From NCBI GenBank assembly GCA_027486675.1, contig JAIXOQ010000017.1:123986-187985 (forward strand): a stretch of DNA of 64,000 bases, given 5' to 3'. A program made the position numbers and the translations under genes. Position 1 is the stretch's first letter; each line of letters begins with the position of its first letter. Below are positions 1 to 8,524 of the stretch, one piece after another. Source of the DNA: Pseudomonadota bacterium. GTDB taxonomy: Bacteria > Bdellovibrionota > UBA1018 > CAIMNF01. The notes beneath the pieces are model-generated. The model searched no databases and was not told the origin of the DNA. It worked only from the letters and a program-made list of their open reading frames with translations.

Positions 1-94
1 CAGCCTTTTTTTCATCGACCCGCTCAGCCTTAAAAGACGCACAGGAGATCACACCGAACGACAACAAACCAACTATCAGAAGATTTTTATTCAT
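1..94 (-). CDS. Partial CDS: N-terminus of a putative lipoprotein; the rest lies upstream of the window
   Basis: Minus-strand ATG at 92-94 gives MNKNLLIVGLLSFGVISCASFKAERVDEKK..., a signal peptide with a lipobox-like ISC motif. Not in the ORF track because it runs off the edge. Confidence 0.35.
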   Translation of the reverse strand, partial: MNKNLLIVGLLSFGVISCASFKAERVDEKKA

Positions 95-115
95 GAACAT
101 GGATGCGCCCTCTCC

Positions 116-793
116 CTACTGTTGCTTTCTGATATAAGAATCAAAGTCTTTGTCGATCGTATTTAACTTTGCATCTACTTTATTCTTAAGTTCTGGATCG
201 TCTTTTAATCTTAAGGTTCGGGCACGTTGCACCATTTGTTCTACGTCTTTTTTCGCGACCTGAGCGAGTACCCAGCAAGTATAGATCGACTTCGCGCCTC
301 CAACTTGTGAATAGTCCCGCTGTTCCCAATACTGCTTCTTCTTTTCAATCCCGCCCACAATGGTTTTTGAAAGCTGGGAAGAAATTTTTGAAGTCTCTGA
401 GCTCGATGCAGATGCCGATGTTGTGCCAGTTGTGTCGTCGCTTGTGCTATCGCTTTGCGCTCGGGCGACTGCTGAATCGACGAACACCGACACCTGCTTA
501 CTGATGTCATCCACCGTATCTGCGTGAGCTTTTTCACAAGCCATGCGTTTATTCGCACTTTGGGCATCTCCGGTGTAGTAGTAGAAGTCTTTCGTGTTGA
601 GTCCTTCTTTTTCCGCATAAAAGTTTGGATTATCGAGCCAGGCTTCCCTGCCTCCTTTTGCCGCATCGAGCACCTTAAACTGTGGCGCCTCTACTTCAAC
701 CTTTTGCACGGGTGCACTGGTGCATCCTAAAAAGGAAGACAATGCCAAAGCACAACTCACAACTACAAGTTTCATATCGTTTCTCATTTTCAT
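116..793 (-). CDS. Putative lipoprotein (LPP20-like), function unknown
   Basis: 225 aa ORF. N-terminal signal peptide with lipobox (LSSFLGC-TSA). Ser/Thr/Asp-rich low-complexity middle region. Confidence 0.5.
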   Translation of the reverse strand: MKMRNDMKLVVVSCALALSSFLGCTSAPVQKVEVEAPQFKVLDAAKGGREAWLDNPNFYAEKEGLNTKDFYYYTGDAQSANKRMACEKAHADTVDDISKQVSVFVDSAVARAQSDSTSDDTTGTTSASASSSETSKISSQLSKTIVGGIEKKKQYWEQRDYSQVGGAKSIYTCWVLAQVAKKDVEQMVQRARTLRLKDDPELKNKVDAKLNTIDKDFDSYIRKQQ

Positions 794-802
794 TCTCCTT
801 GT

Positions 803-1813
803 TTAAAGACGTTCCAAAATTTTAGTGCAGTGATCTTCGATTAAACCTTCTAACAAACTTTGAACTGCTGCATTCTTTGTGCGACCGCTTTCGGTTTGGG
901 TTGAGGCGACAGACTCTTTCTTTGAAGCTCGCACCCAGTCGGTCATCAAATCCACTTTCACTTTCTCGAAACCTTGCACCGCCATGTGGACCGAAGTCTC
1001 CACGGCTGAAACTTGAAGCGTAACGCTATTCTCGGACTCTGCTGCCGCAAGCGGGATTCCTCGGCCAGAAAGGCAGGCCTCGAGCTTTTGCGCCCACACT
1101 GCATCCCCAGACTTTTGCCGGACCACAAGGGACTGATCTTTTAAGTGTGCGACAAACTCAGCTTGAAGCGCGTCCAGTTTTGAAGATAAAACACGTGCGC
1201 GATCTCCCGTTGAAACACCCAAACTCATCGCCTCACCTGCGAGTACTTCATACTGGGAGAACTCGGCGCGTGCGCTCTGAAGTGAACTATAACGCACCGT
1301 CTTACCCGACGAAGCGAGGTCCAAGGCAGCCGTCACTTTCCGCTCTTTACTCATCAGTTCAGAGAGGACATTTGACCTGGCGGTTAGCTTATCAATGGCG
1401 ACAAGTGCGTAGGTCGCATCGGGAGCTACAAAAGATTCGCGAACATCAGCCCCCCGGAGTGTGACTTGGGTCTGGATCTCTGTGTTTTGTGAAAAACGTT
1501 CTTCAGCATTTCCCGTATTCTTTCCGTCCGTGCCTTCTAAAAGCTTAGAGGTAGCGGCAACGCTTGATTGGCTCACGACCTGACTTCTAAAACCCTCCGC
1601 CATAGAGCGGCGCGCATTCTGGGCCGCACGCTCTAGAGTTTTGCCTGTGCCCACTGAGGTGATGTAACGCTCTTTGGGAAAGAGGACCTCAGGTGTATTC
1701 ACCCATTCTGGAAGCACTCGAGTCGAGTCCACCGGTGCGGAGCTGCAGGCTCCTAAAGTCAGGGTCAGGGAAATGCACAACATCCAACTGGCGCAATGCG
1801 AATCGTTTTTCAT
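803..1813 (-). CDS. Putative lipoprotein, function unknown
   Basis: ORF 803..1864. Likely true start at internal Met (MKNDSHCASWMLCISLTLTLGAC-SSAP), which gives a signal peptide plus lipobox. Third consecutive lipoprotein gene. Confidence 0.45.
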   Translation of the reverse strand: MKNDSHCASWMLCISLTLTLGACSSAPVDSTRVLPEWVNTPEVLFPKERYITSVGTGKTLERAAQNARRSMAEGFRSQVVSQSSVAATSKLLEGTDGKNTGNAEERFSQNTEIQTQVTLRGADVRESFVAPDATYALVAIDKLTARSNVLSELMSKERKVTAALDLASSGKTVRYSSLQSARAEFSQYEVLAGEAMSLGVSTGDRARVLSSKLDALQAEFVAHLKDQSLVVRQKSGDAVWAQKLEACLSGRGIPLAAAESENSVTLQVSAVETSVHMAVQGFEKVKVDLMTDWVRASKKESVASTQTESGRTKNAAVQSLLEGLIEDHCTKILERL

Positions 1814-1966
1814 AGTGACTCCCTGTGTTTCTAAGAGTCTAAGAAAGCACATACTAGACCACAAGGTGAAACCCCCCTCAAATCAGGGTTTCAGGATCAA
1901 TACTCACTTTTTGGGTGCTGAAAAAGGCGACGGACTGATGCAAACTTCTCCAAAGATTGTTTTTCA

Positions 1967-2042
1967 GGGCCCTTAGCTCAGTTGGTAGAGCGCTTCCATG
2001 GCATGGAAGAGGTCAGCGGTTCGAACCCGCTAGGGTCCACCA
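1967..2042 (+). tRNA. tRNA-Ala (anticodon GGC)
   Basis: Cloverleaf read by eye. Acceptor GGGCCCT/AGGGTCC, D-arm GCTCAGTTGGTAGAGC, anticodon stem CTTCC/GGAAG with loop ATGGCAT (GGC), T-arm AGCGGTTCGAACCCGCT, encoded CCA. Close to E. coli tRNA-Ala(GGC). Confidence 0.85.
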
Positions 2043-2074
2043 TTTTCAACCCAGTTGTGTGGAAGGGCATTGAT

Positions 2075-2482
2075 GTGAAGCCTGTTCTCAGCCTGTTGAT
2101 TTCCTTTCTCGGCTTTACTTCAATCTGCCGTGCTGAGGATATTTTCAAGTACGAGCCCTCCATCGTCACATTGCAAGGAACCGTATCTCTTCAGAGTTTC
2201 GCGGGTTCACCTGCCTATGAGAGTACTGCCCAAGGGGATCGACTTGAGCAAAGTTGGGTGTTGACTTTGAGAGTGCCGATTCATGTTGTTGCTCCACCCG
2301 GCGATGAGCTTTTTTATTCGCAAGAAGGAGTGAGAGAAATTCAGCTCATTTGCGTTCAAGATTGTGTGAGGACTGTATCATTCTCAGAAGGCAAGGTGAT
2401 GACACTGGTCGGGACGCTTTTCCCCGCCCATACCGGCCACCACCATAAGGGCGTATTGATGACCGTCCTTACGGGGAAGTAG
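2075..2482 (+). CDS. Small secreted hypothetical protein
   Basis: ORF 1982..2482 begins inside the tRNA. An in-frame GTG at 2075 gives MKPVLSLLISFLGFTSICRA-ED, a signal peptide with an AxA-like cleavage site. His-rich C-terminus (HTGHHHKG). Confidence 0.4.
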   Translation: MKPVLSLLISFLGFTSICRAEDIFKYEPSIVTLQGTVSLQSFAGSPAYESTAQGDRLEQSWVLTLRVPIHVVAPPGDELFYSQEGVREIQLICVQDCVRTVSFSEGKVMTLVGTLFPAHTGHHHKGVLMTVLTGK

Positions 2483-2486
2483 CTGA

Positions 2487-3149
2487 ATGTTTGTCAGAGC
2501 AGAAAAAGGCAGAGGCCGAACGGTCATTTATCATCGCAGTGATGGGGGCAAAGTAACTCGAACAGGCGGCACTCCTGCGTGGAGAAATACCAACCCCGGC
2601 AACATTCGATCGCTTGGTGGTTTTGCGCTCGAAAATGGATCGATTGGGAGGTCGGACGGTTTCGCTATTTTTCCAGACTATGAGACAGGCCGTCGAGCAC
2701 TGGTCCGACTACTGCGAGGAAAAAAATACCGTGACCTAAGCATTTTTGACGCGATCGCCTCCTATGCACCCGCCTTAGATGGCAACGATGTAGCCAATTA
2801 TCGCAAGCTTCTCAAACAATGGACCAAGCTTGACCTGAGCAGGAAGCTCAAATCGTTAAGTGCTAAAGAGTTCCAACAGGTAGTCGATGCCGTTGAAAGA
2901 GTGGAGGGCTGGAGCCCGGGGACAGAGTGCGCTATCGAGCCAAAAAAAGTAACTGCTGTGAGAAGAAATAGTAAAGGAGTGATTATCTCCTATCAGGTTG
3001 AAATCGCGGGCTGGCTGTCGAAATCACAGCTCATCAAAATGATCGAATCCGAGGGAGGAGTAGATGCTGTCGTGGTTCGACCATCAGGCCGCATGCCGTT
3101 TATTCGGATGCGTCCCGACTCAACGCCTCTGAACAACTTAGACACCTAG
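2487..3149 (+). CDS. Hypothetical protein (220 aa)
   Basis: Long ORF immediately downstream of the 2075..2482 gene. Contains a GTPAWRNTNPGNIR motif. No family confidently recognised. Confidence 0.4.
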   Translation: MFVRAEKGRGRTVIYHRSDGGKVTRTGGTPAWRNTNPGNIRSLGGFALENGSIGRSDGFAIFPDYETGRRALVRLLRGKKYRDLSIFDAIASYAPALDGNDVANYRKLLKQWTKLDLSRKLKSLSAKEFQQVVDAVERVEGWSPGTECAIEPKKVTAVRRNSKGVIISYQVEIAGWLSKSQLIKMIESEGGVDAVVVRPSGRMPFIRMRPDSTPLNNLDT

Positions 3150-3427
3150 TTCTAATCCGGTGAAGAAGTTATATGCGATATAGGATAAATCCTCAGTTAC
3201 TGGGGAGTTCTGGTTTAAAGAGAGTTTCATAGAAAACTTTCTCTTGACCGCTTCGAGTAAAACAGGTTTTTTGATTTGGTGATGCTGAGGTAGGTTTTGA
3301 CTATAGGCGCTTAGAGTTCGCGTCGTTGAATGATCTTTCTGGGATCGTCTTTTGAAATCAAAAATCCATTTTTGAAACGTCTGAAGGGCAGCGAGGTGCC
3401 CAAAAATCACGGGGTTATGATTCTTAA

Positions 3428-4450
3428 ATGATGAATCAAAAGACATCCGTTCTTAGCTGCAAAACAGACCGCTTCCCGCTGAATGACGTTGAGCTTCTGC
3501 ACGCCACATTTGCTCTCTCCCGCATCGAGCAACGTGCGACCGCGACATGGGTCGCTCATCTGGAAGAAGTGGACCGGCGAAAAGCTTACACGTTACTTTC
3601 TTACCCAAGTCTCTTTGAATATTTAAGGAAGGAACTGGGATATTCTGAATCTTCCGCCTATGAACGCATCAGTGCCATGCGGCTTGCCAGACAGAATGAA
3701 AAGGCAAAACAGATGATCGAATCCGGCAGTCTCACTTTGACGGGGGCGACGCAGATTCAGCGCTTCATCAAAGAAGAGAAATCGGCTGGAAATGAGATGA
3801 ATCAAGAACAACAGAACGACCTACTGGCTGCGATCGCTGGAAAGTCAAAGAGAGAGACTGAGAAGTTTTTGTTATCTCAGTCCTCTGCGCCTGAAGTACC
3901 CCGGCTTAAAGAATCCACCCGCGTCGCAACACCCACACATACTGAGGTGAAGTTTTTCTTAGATGAAGATGGGATGAATCTACTCAACCGAGCGCGCGAA
4001 TTGATACGGGCAGATTCTACGACCGATCTTTTCACCCAAGCTCTGAGGGTGCTGATCGAAAAGAAAGAACGCAGCCTAGGGAAGATGGAGTCTCAGAAGA
4101 CAGACAACAAAGTAGAAGCGAGCGCCGATTCAAAATCCCGGCCGGTCGGAAAAATGCCCGTGAGAGAGAACTCGTCTCAGCCAGAATCATTCTCCATATC
4201 TCGTTTTATCCCTCTCCACGTGAAGGGACGGATTCATGCGAGATCCGGCGGCCAGTGTGAATACGTCTCGCCGGTCACAAAGACGCGCTGCCACTCCCGT
4301 GCTCACTTACAAGTGGATCACCAGACGCCGCTTGCACTGGGTGGAAGGACAGAGCTCAAAAACCTTCGTCATTTGTGTCAGGCGCATAATTTAAAGGCAG
4401 CAATGGACCTGGGACTTGCACCGTATTGGAAGGGCCTCATTCGGGGGTAA
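3428..4450 (+). CDS. HNH endonuclease with a DUF222-like N-terminal domain
   Basis: C-terminal HNH motif: CEYVSPVTKTRCHSRAHLQVDHQTPLALGGRTELKNLRHLCQAHN (Cys pair, H-N-H, second Cys/His pair). The N-terminal approx. 230 aa resemble the DUF222 region of 13E12-type HNH proteins. Confidence 0.6.
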   Translation: MMNQKTSVLSCKTDRFPLNDVELLHATFALSRIEQRATATWVAHLEEVDRRKAYTLLSYPSLFEYLRKELGYSESSAYERISAMRLARQNEKAKQMIESGSLTLTGATQIQRFIKEEKSAGNEMNQEQQNDLLAAIAGKSKRETEKFLLSQSSAPEVPRLKESTRVATPTHTEVKFFLDEDGMNLLNRARELIRADSTTDLFTQALRVLIEKKERSLGKMESQKTDNKVEASADSKSRPVGKMPVRENSSQPESFSISRFIPLHVKGRIHARSGGQCEYVSPVTKTRCHSRAHLQVDHQTPLALGGRTELKNLRHLCQAHNLKAAMDLGLAPYWKGLIRG

Positions 4451-4495
4451 GCGCGGAGGATTGGAGCCAATCGCCAATCATTCCTTACGCCTATA

Positions 4496-4623
4496 ACAAA
4501 CACCCCTTTCTCTTATTCCTCTTCCCTCGTGAGGCTAAAAGAGCGGAGCTGGAAGCGTAGCGATAGATCCCATGGATGGGTCCGCCTCACGAGAGAAGAG
4601 AAATAAGAGAGAGGGGTGTTTGT
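4496..4623. repeat. Large near-perfect inverted repeat (40-nt arms, 48-nt spacer) between convergent genes
   Basis: Left arm 4496..4535 ACAAACACCCCTTTCTCTTATTCCTCTTCCCTCGTGAGGC. Right arm 4584..4623 is its reverse complement with 3 mismatches (37/40). Confidence 0.75.
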
Positions 4624-4661
4624 AGAGTATCCTAAGTGCGCATGTGTAACCGAAATGTACC

Positions 4662-6089
4662 TTAAGCAGCCTTTGCACTGACAAGGGTCAACACTTCACC
4701 GGCAATTTCACCCAGCGGACGCACCTGTTCAGCGGCTTTCAGTTTAATCGCGGCCTGCGGCATTCCAAACACCACACAGCTTGCTTCGTCCTGCGCAATG
4801 GTCCGAGCGCCTTTTTGTCGCATTTGAAGTAACCCCTTCGCACCATCTGCGCCCATACCCGTAAGAATCACGCCGACAGCTTTCTTGCCAACAAGATCAG
4901 CGACCGACTGAAACAACACATCGACTGAAGGCCTATGGCGATTCACGGGTGGCGCATCCTTCACCTGCACCTGGTATCCGCTGGGTCCGCTTCCACGGAC
5001 TAGAGACATCTGAAATCCGCCAGGTGCAATGAGCACACGGTTCGGTCGACATTCGTCTCCATCAACCGCTTCCTTCACCTCAAATGCACAGAGATCATTC
5101 ATACGTTTTGCAAAGGCCAAGGAGAAGACTGCTGGAATATGCTGAACAATCACAATGGGAGGGATGCCACTTGGGAGACGGGTAAGCACCTGACGCAGAG
5201 CTTCAGTTCCACCTGTTGAAGAACCGATTGCAATGAGATTTGAAAGATTCATTGCACCCATCGCAGTCACTGGCTTTTGTAGTGCCGATTTTTGAGAAAA
5301 AGGCGTGATCGCCTTAACTTTCGCGGACGAGGCCGTTTTGACTTTCTCAACAATCAAAGGAGTCACTTCCGCAAGCTCATCTAAGGAAGGCTTTTGAATG
5401 TAGTCCACCGCACCCGCCTCTAAGGCCTGAAGGACATGGCCACTCTCCGCCATACTAATAGAACTAATCATCACCGTTGGAATCTGGAACTTAGGAAGAT
5501 AGCGTTTCAGCAGCGTAACCCCATCCATCTCAGGCATATGGATGTCTAGGGTGATCACATCAGGCTTCAATCGAGCGATCATCTCTTCAACCTGCGACGG
5601 CCGTTCTGCGCAACCGACAACATCAAGATCGACCTCAAGAATTCGAGTCAAGATATGTCGTATCGTCTTTGAGTCATCAACGATCAAAACCCTCTTCCGT
5701 TTTTCGGGGAGCATCGCCTGAGGCGCGTTTGCAGAAGCTTGTGCTTCACCTAAGCGAACCCGGCCCGAATCCGTATAGAAGTATGCTTCAAGACTTTTTG
5801 ATTCCGATTCCTTCGTTACGAACGAGACCTCAGGAAATTCTCTCCGGAAATCTGACGACAATGAGCGTACAGATGCACTCGCTCCAATAATTTTGGCTTT
5901 GACTTCCTTTTTGACCGCGATGGATTTAACACTCTTGATGAGTGCACGGAGACGATCCATCGTGCTTGCGCTCGAATCTTGAAGGACCATTCCAGCGCCA
6001 CCCACGCCACCTTCAACGTAAGCACAGACAAAGACTCCACCCTTTAACTCATACCTGAGGACCTGTACTGAAAGGGCAGGATTGGTCAT
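4662..6089 (-). CDS. cheB: Chemotaxis methylesterase CheB: CheD-like N-terminal domain, receiver domain, then catalytically intact methylesterase
   Basis: REC: LIVDDSKTIRHIL...DVITLDIHMPEMDG. Methylesterase: GSSTGGTEAL...IVIVQHIP...LTGMGADGAKG...DEASCVVFGMP (Ser/His/Asp triad motifs present). The N-terminal approx. 130 aa align to CheD (GGVFVCAYVEGGVGGAGMVLQDS...KAKIIGASASV...FYTDSGRVRL). Confidence 0.85.
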   Translation of the reverse strand: MTNPALSVQVLRYELKGGVFVCAYVEGGVGGAGMVLQDSSASTMDRLRALIKSVKSIAVKKEVKAKIIGASASVRSLSSDFRREFPEVSFVTKESESKSLEAYFYTDSGRVRLGEAQASANAPQAMLPEKRKRVLIVDDSKTIRHILTRILEVDLDVVGCAERPSQVEEMIARLKPDVITLDIHMPEMDGVTLLKRYLPKFQIPTVMISSISMAESGHVLQALEAGAVDYIQKPSLDELAEVTPLIVEKVKTASSAKVKAITPFSQKSALQKPVTAMGAMNLSNLIAIGSSTGGTEALRQVLTRLPSGIPPIVIVQHIPAVFSLAFAKRMNDLCAFEVKEAVDGDECRPNRVLIAPGGFQMSLVRGSGPSGYQVQVKDAPPVNRHRPSVDVLFQSVADLVGKKAVGVILTGMGADGAKGLLQMRQKGARTIAQDEASCVVFGMPQAAIKLKAAEQVRPLGEIAGEVLTLVSAKAA

Positions 6090-7990
6090 TTTTTGCCCTT
6101 AAATAGCTCATCGTCTGAATGATAGATAAAGCTTGTATATGGAACGAAATGAAGTGCTTTCGCACGAATCATTTTATACGTTCCATCGAGTGCCTTCTGA
6201 CTTCCGATGTCCTCTAAGATAAGACCGGCTTTCGGAAGCTGCTCAAGCTTGCTTAAGACATCTTTACCCACACTTGCAAAAACAAGTGTAGAAACATTCT
6301 TTCCAATAGCAAGCAACTTGAGTGTGCTGAAGGCTGTATCAAAATCTCCAATATAAAACGTCCCAAGCTTGAAATCCTTGATCCCGTCTACTATTGGACT
6401 CAGTGGAACGGGAGAGACGGGCTTTAGCCCTTCGACTACTTTTGGGAGAATTGTGCTTGGACCATGCACAAGAAAGACGGTTGCAGGCTGTGGACCATTG
6501 CACTGTTTTAGAATGGCAGTGCATTTTTCCTTGTCCCCTATGCCTAAGACAACTACCCGAAGCTGATCTTCACTCCATTTACGGTCAGGTTGCTTCTGAA
6601 AGGACCGATCAAGCTCAAGGGCTCTAGCCGTTTGAGAAGGATCAGGTTTCAGTGCACACCTCAGTTTGAGCTTAATTTCATCGGCCTTATCCGCAAGATT
6701 CGCGAGCGTCGGTTTCTCTATGTAGTCCCTGGCCCCTAATTCAAGAGTTCGCATCCCGACTCCTGAGTCCTCACGGGCCGCGGAACTCAGCATCACAACA
6801 GGAGGATGGCTTGCGGAAAAGTTTTTTTCCAGGTACTCCACTCCGTTTTGCTCTGGCATATGAATATCTAAAGTCATGACATCAATAGGTGTCTTATTTA
6901 GGAATTCTGCCGCCTCAATTCCATTCTTTGCCGTCCCAACAATTTCAAACCCTGCCTCTTTCGTGAGCACCTTCTTGAGAAGTGCCAAGATAGTAGGCGA
7001 ATCATCCACACAAAGAACGCGAATATTTTTCTCAGGCGCTGCTATAGAAATAGATTGCTGACTTGCCGTCGGGATTGCCTTCCCCGCCGGAGTGGGGACC
7101 AAAGATTCCTTTGGCTTGCTACTAGTTGCACCTATATGGCCATAAATGGATGGGCCAATATATTTCACTGGAAGATCGAGGCCGTTTAAGGTCTCTGACA
7201 TGCCGGTAAAGAGGATACCGCCTGGATGCAGACATTGAAGTAGCCCTTTTGAGACTTCCTTAATTTGATCATGAGTAAAATAGATAAAGACGTTCCTACA
7301 AAAGATGAGATCAAACTTCCTACCGCGTACTTTTGACAAATCAAACAAATTGATCACGTCAAATTTACATTTTAATTTTATAGAATCTTTTGCTTTAACA
7401 AACGCTGCAATGTTTCCGGTCCCCCTCGAAAAGTGGGAGCCTACATAAATAGAGGGGGCTTCCTTGATCTCATCCCATCGATAGACACCATTCTTTGCGA
7501 TTGCAACCGAATCTGGATCCACATCACTCCCATAGATTTCAAAGTCCATGGACGGGTCAATCGTCTTCAGGTGGTAGGAAAGAAACATCGAAATTGAATA
7601 CGCCTCTTGCCCACGACTTGAGGCAGCGGACCAAACAGAGATTTTTCGATCGCCCCTGGCTTTGGCCTCCGCTACAACTTTCGCCAAACCGGTCCGCTCT
7701 AGATATTCAAAATGGGAAAACTCCCGAAAGAAGAAGGTGTGATGCGTTGTGAGCAAAGAAACAAGCGCTGCACCTTCTGACTCTTTGTTTTGATTGAGAT
7801 GCTCTCGATAAGCCTGTGGAGTGGCAAGCCCTAGGTCGAGCATGCGTTTTCCAATTCGGGCCGAAACCATCGCTTTTTGCTTGTCACCGAGTTGAATGCC
7901 CGCGATTTTTTGCACAATGCTTGACACATGTGCAATGAGATCGTCATCCAAAGCAAGACCACTGATTTGCTGAGCGGTACTACTACCCAT
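6086..7990 (-). CDS. cheR: Chemotaxis methyltransferase CheR fused to a receiver domain and a degenerate CheB-like domain
   Basis: N-terminal CheR (TTHHTFFFREFSHFEYL; SAM-MTase VWSAASSRGQEAYSISMFL). Central REC (VLCVDDSPTILALL...DVMTLDIHMPEQNG). C-terminal approx. 190 aa CheB-like, but GxSTGG is replaced by GIGDKEK and GMGxDG by SVGKDV. Overlaps cheB by ATGA. Confidence 0.85.
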   Translation of the reverse strand: MGSSTAQQISGLALDDDLIAHVSSIVQKIAGIQLGDKQKAMVSARIGKRMLDLGLATPQAYREHLNQNKESEGAALVSLLTTHHTFFFREFSHFEYLERTGLAKVVAEAKARGDRKISVWSAASSRGQEAYSISMFLSYHLKTIDPSMDFEIYGSDVDPDSVAIAKNGVYRWDEIKEAPSIYVGSHFSRGTGNIAAFVKAKDSIKLKCKFDVINLFDLSKVRGRKFDLIFCRNVFIYFTHDQIKEVSKGLLQCLHPGGILFTGMSETLNGLDLPVKYIGPSIYGHIGATSSKPKESLVPTPAGKAIPTASQQSISIAAPEKNIRVLCVDDSPTILALLKKVLTKEAGFEIVGTAKNGIEAAEFLNKTPIDVMTLDIHMPEQNGVEYLEKNFSASHPPVVMLSSAAREDSGVGMRTLELGARDYIEKPTLANLADKADEIKLKLRCALKPDPSQTARALELDRSFQKQPDRKWSEDQLRVVVLGIGDKEKCTAILKQCNGPQPATVFLVHGPSTILPKVVEGLKPVSPVPLSPIVDGIKDFKLGTFYIGDFDTAFSTLKLLAIGKNVSTLVFASVGKDVLSKLEQLPKAGLILEDIGSQKALDGTYKMIRAKALHFVPYTSFIYHSDDELFKGKK

Positions 7991-8011
7991 GTATAGATTT
8001 TCCCTTTTTTC

Positions 8012-8524
8012 TTAAGCTGCTTGACGGGTTGCCTGGGCCTTTTTTGCAGTTGATTGGTCGTCGACATCTATGGCTTTCGCCATGTCTAAAAGTAAAACGA
8101 GTTTCTTGTCTTGCCGTGTTACTCCAATGATGTAGTCACTGGATTTATTACTCTGAATGTCGGGACGATCACTAATGTCTGATTCCCTAAGCGGCAACAC
8201 ACTGTTCACAGAGTTCACAACGATCCCGATACAAAGAGGTGCCAAATCACAAATGATCACTGCTGTCTCAGTATTCTGGTCCGCCTTAATCCCAAATTTC
8301 AGTCTGAGGTCGATCACAGAAATGACCTGGCCCCGAAGATTCATAATCCCGAGAAAGTGGGAAGGTGTGTATGGGATACGCGTGATATCTGGATAGGCTA
8401 TGACCTCCTTCACAGAGAGCAAAGGAACGGCGTAGGCTTCAGTTCCTAAAGAAAACTCTAAGAACCTCCTGAGTTCACCTGACTTTTCCTCAACCTGCTT
8501 CATACCCTCTTTGTCTTTAATCAT
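8012..8524 (-). CDS. cheW: Chemotaxis coupling protein CheW
   Basis: 170 aa with CheW-like domain (YAVPLLSVKEVIAYPDITRIPYTPSHFLGIMNLRGQVISVIDLR). Start overlaps the cheA stop (ATGA). Confidence 0.85.
   Translation of the reverse strand: MIKDKEGMKQVEEKSGELRRFLEFSLGTEAYAVPLLSVKEVIAYPDITRIPYTPSHFLGIMNLRGQVISVIDLRLKFGIKADQNTETAVIICDLAPLCIGIVVNSVNSVLPLRESDISDRPDIQSNKSSDYIIGVTRQDKKLVLLLDMAKAIDVDDQSTAKKAQATRQAA

Noticed and set aside
1982-2074. N-terminal part of track ORF 1982..2482, which begins inside tRNA-Ala
   Set aside because: A protein start within a tRNA gene is implausible. An in-frame GTG at 2075 gives a clean signal peptide, so the upstream extension is an ORF-caller artefact.
5669-7061. 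Small plus-strand ORFs inside cheB and cheR (5669..5890, 6369..6566, 6394..6627, 6876..7061) and similar antisense ORFs elsewhere, e.g. 10585..12264, 16126..17375, 21005..23265, 24302..26541
   Set aside because: They lie fully within well-supported genes on the opposite strand and have no domain signal. Treated as spurious.
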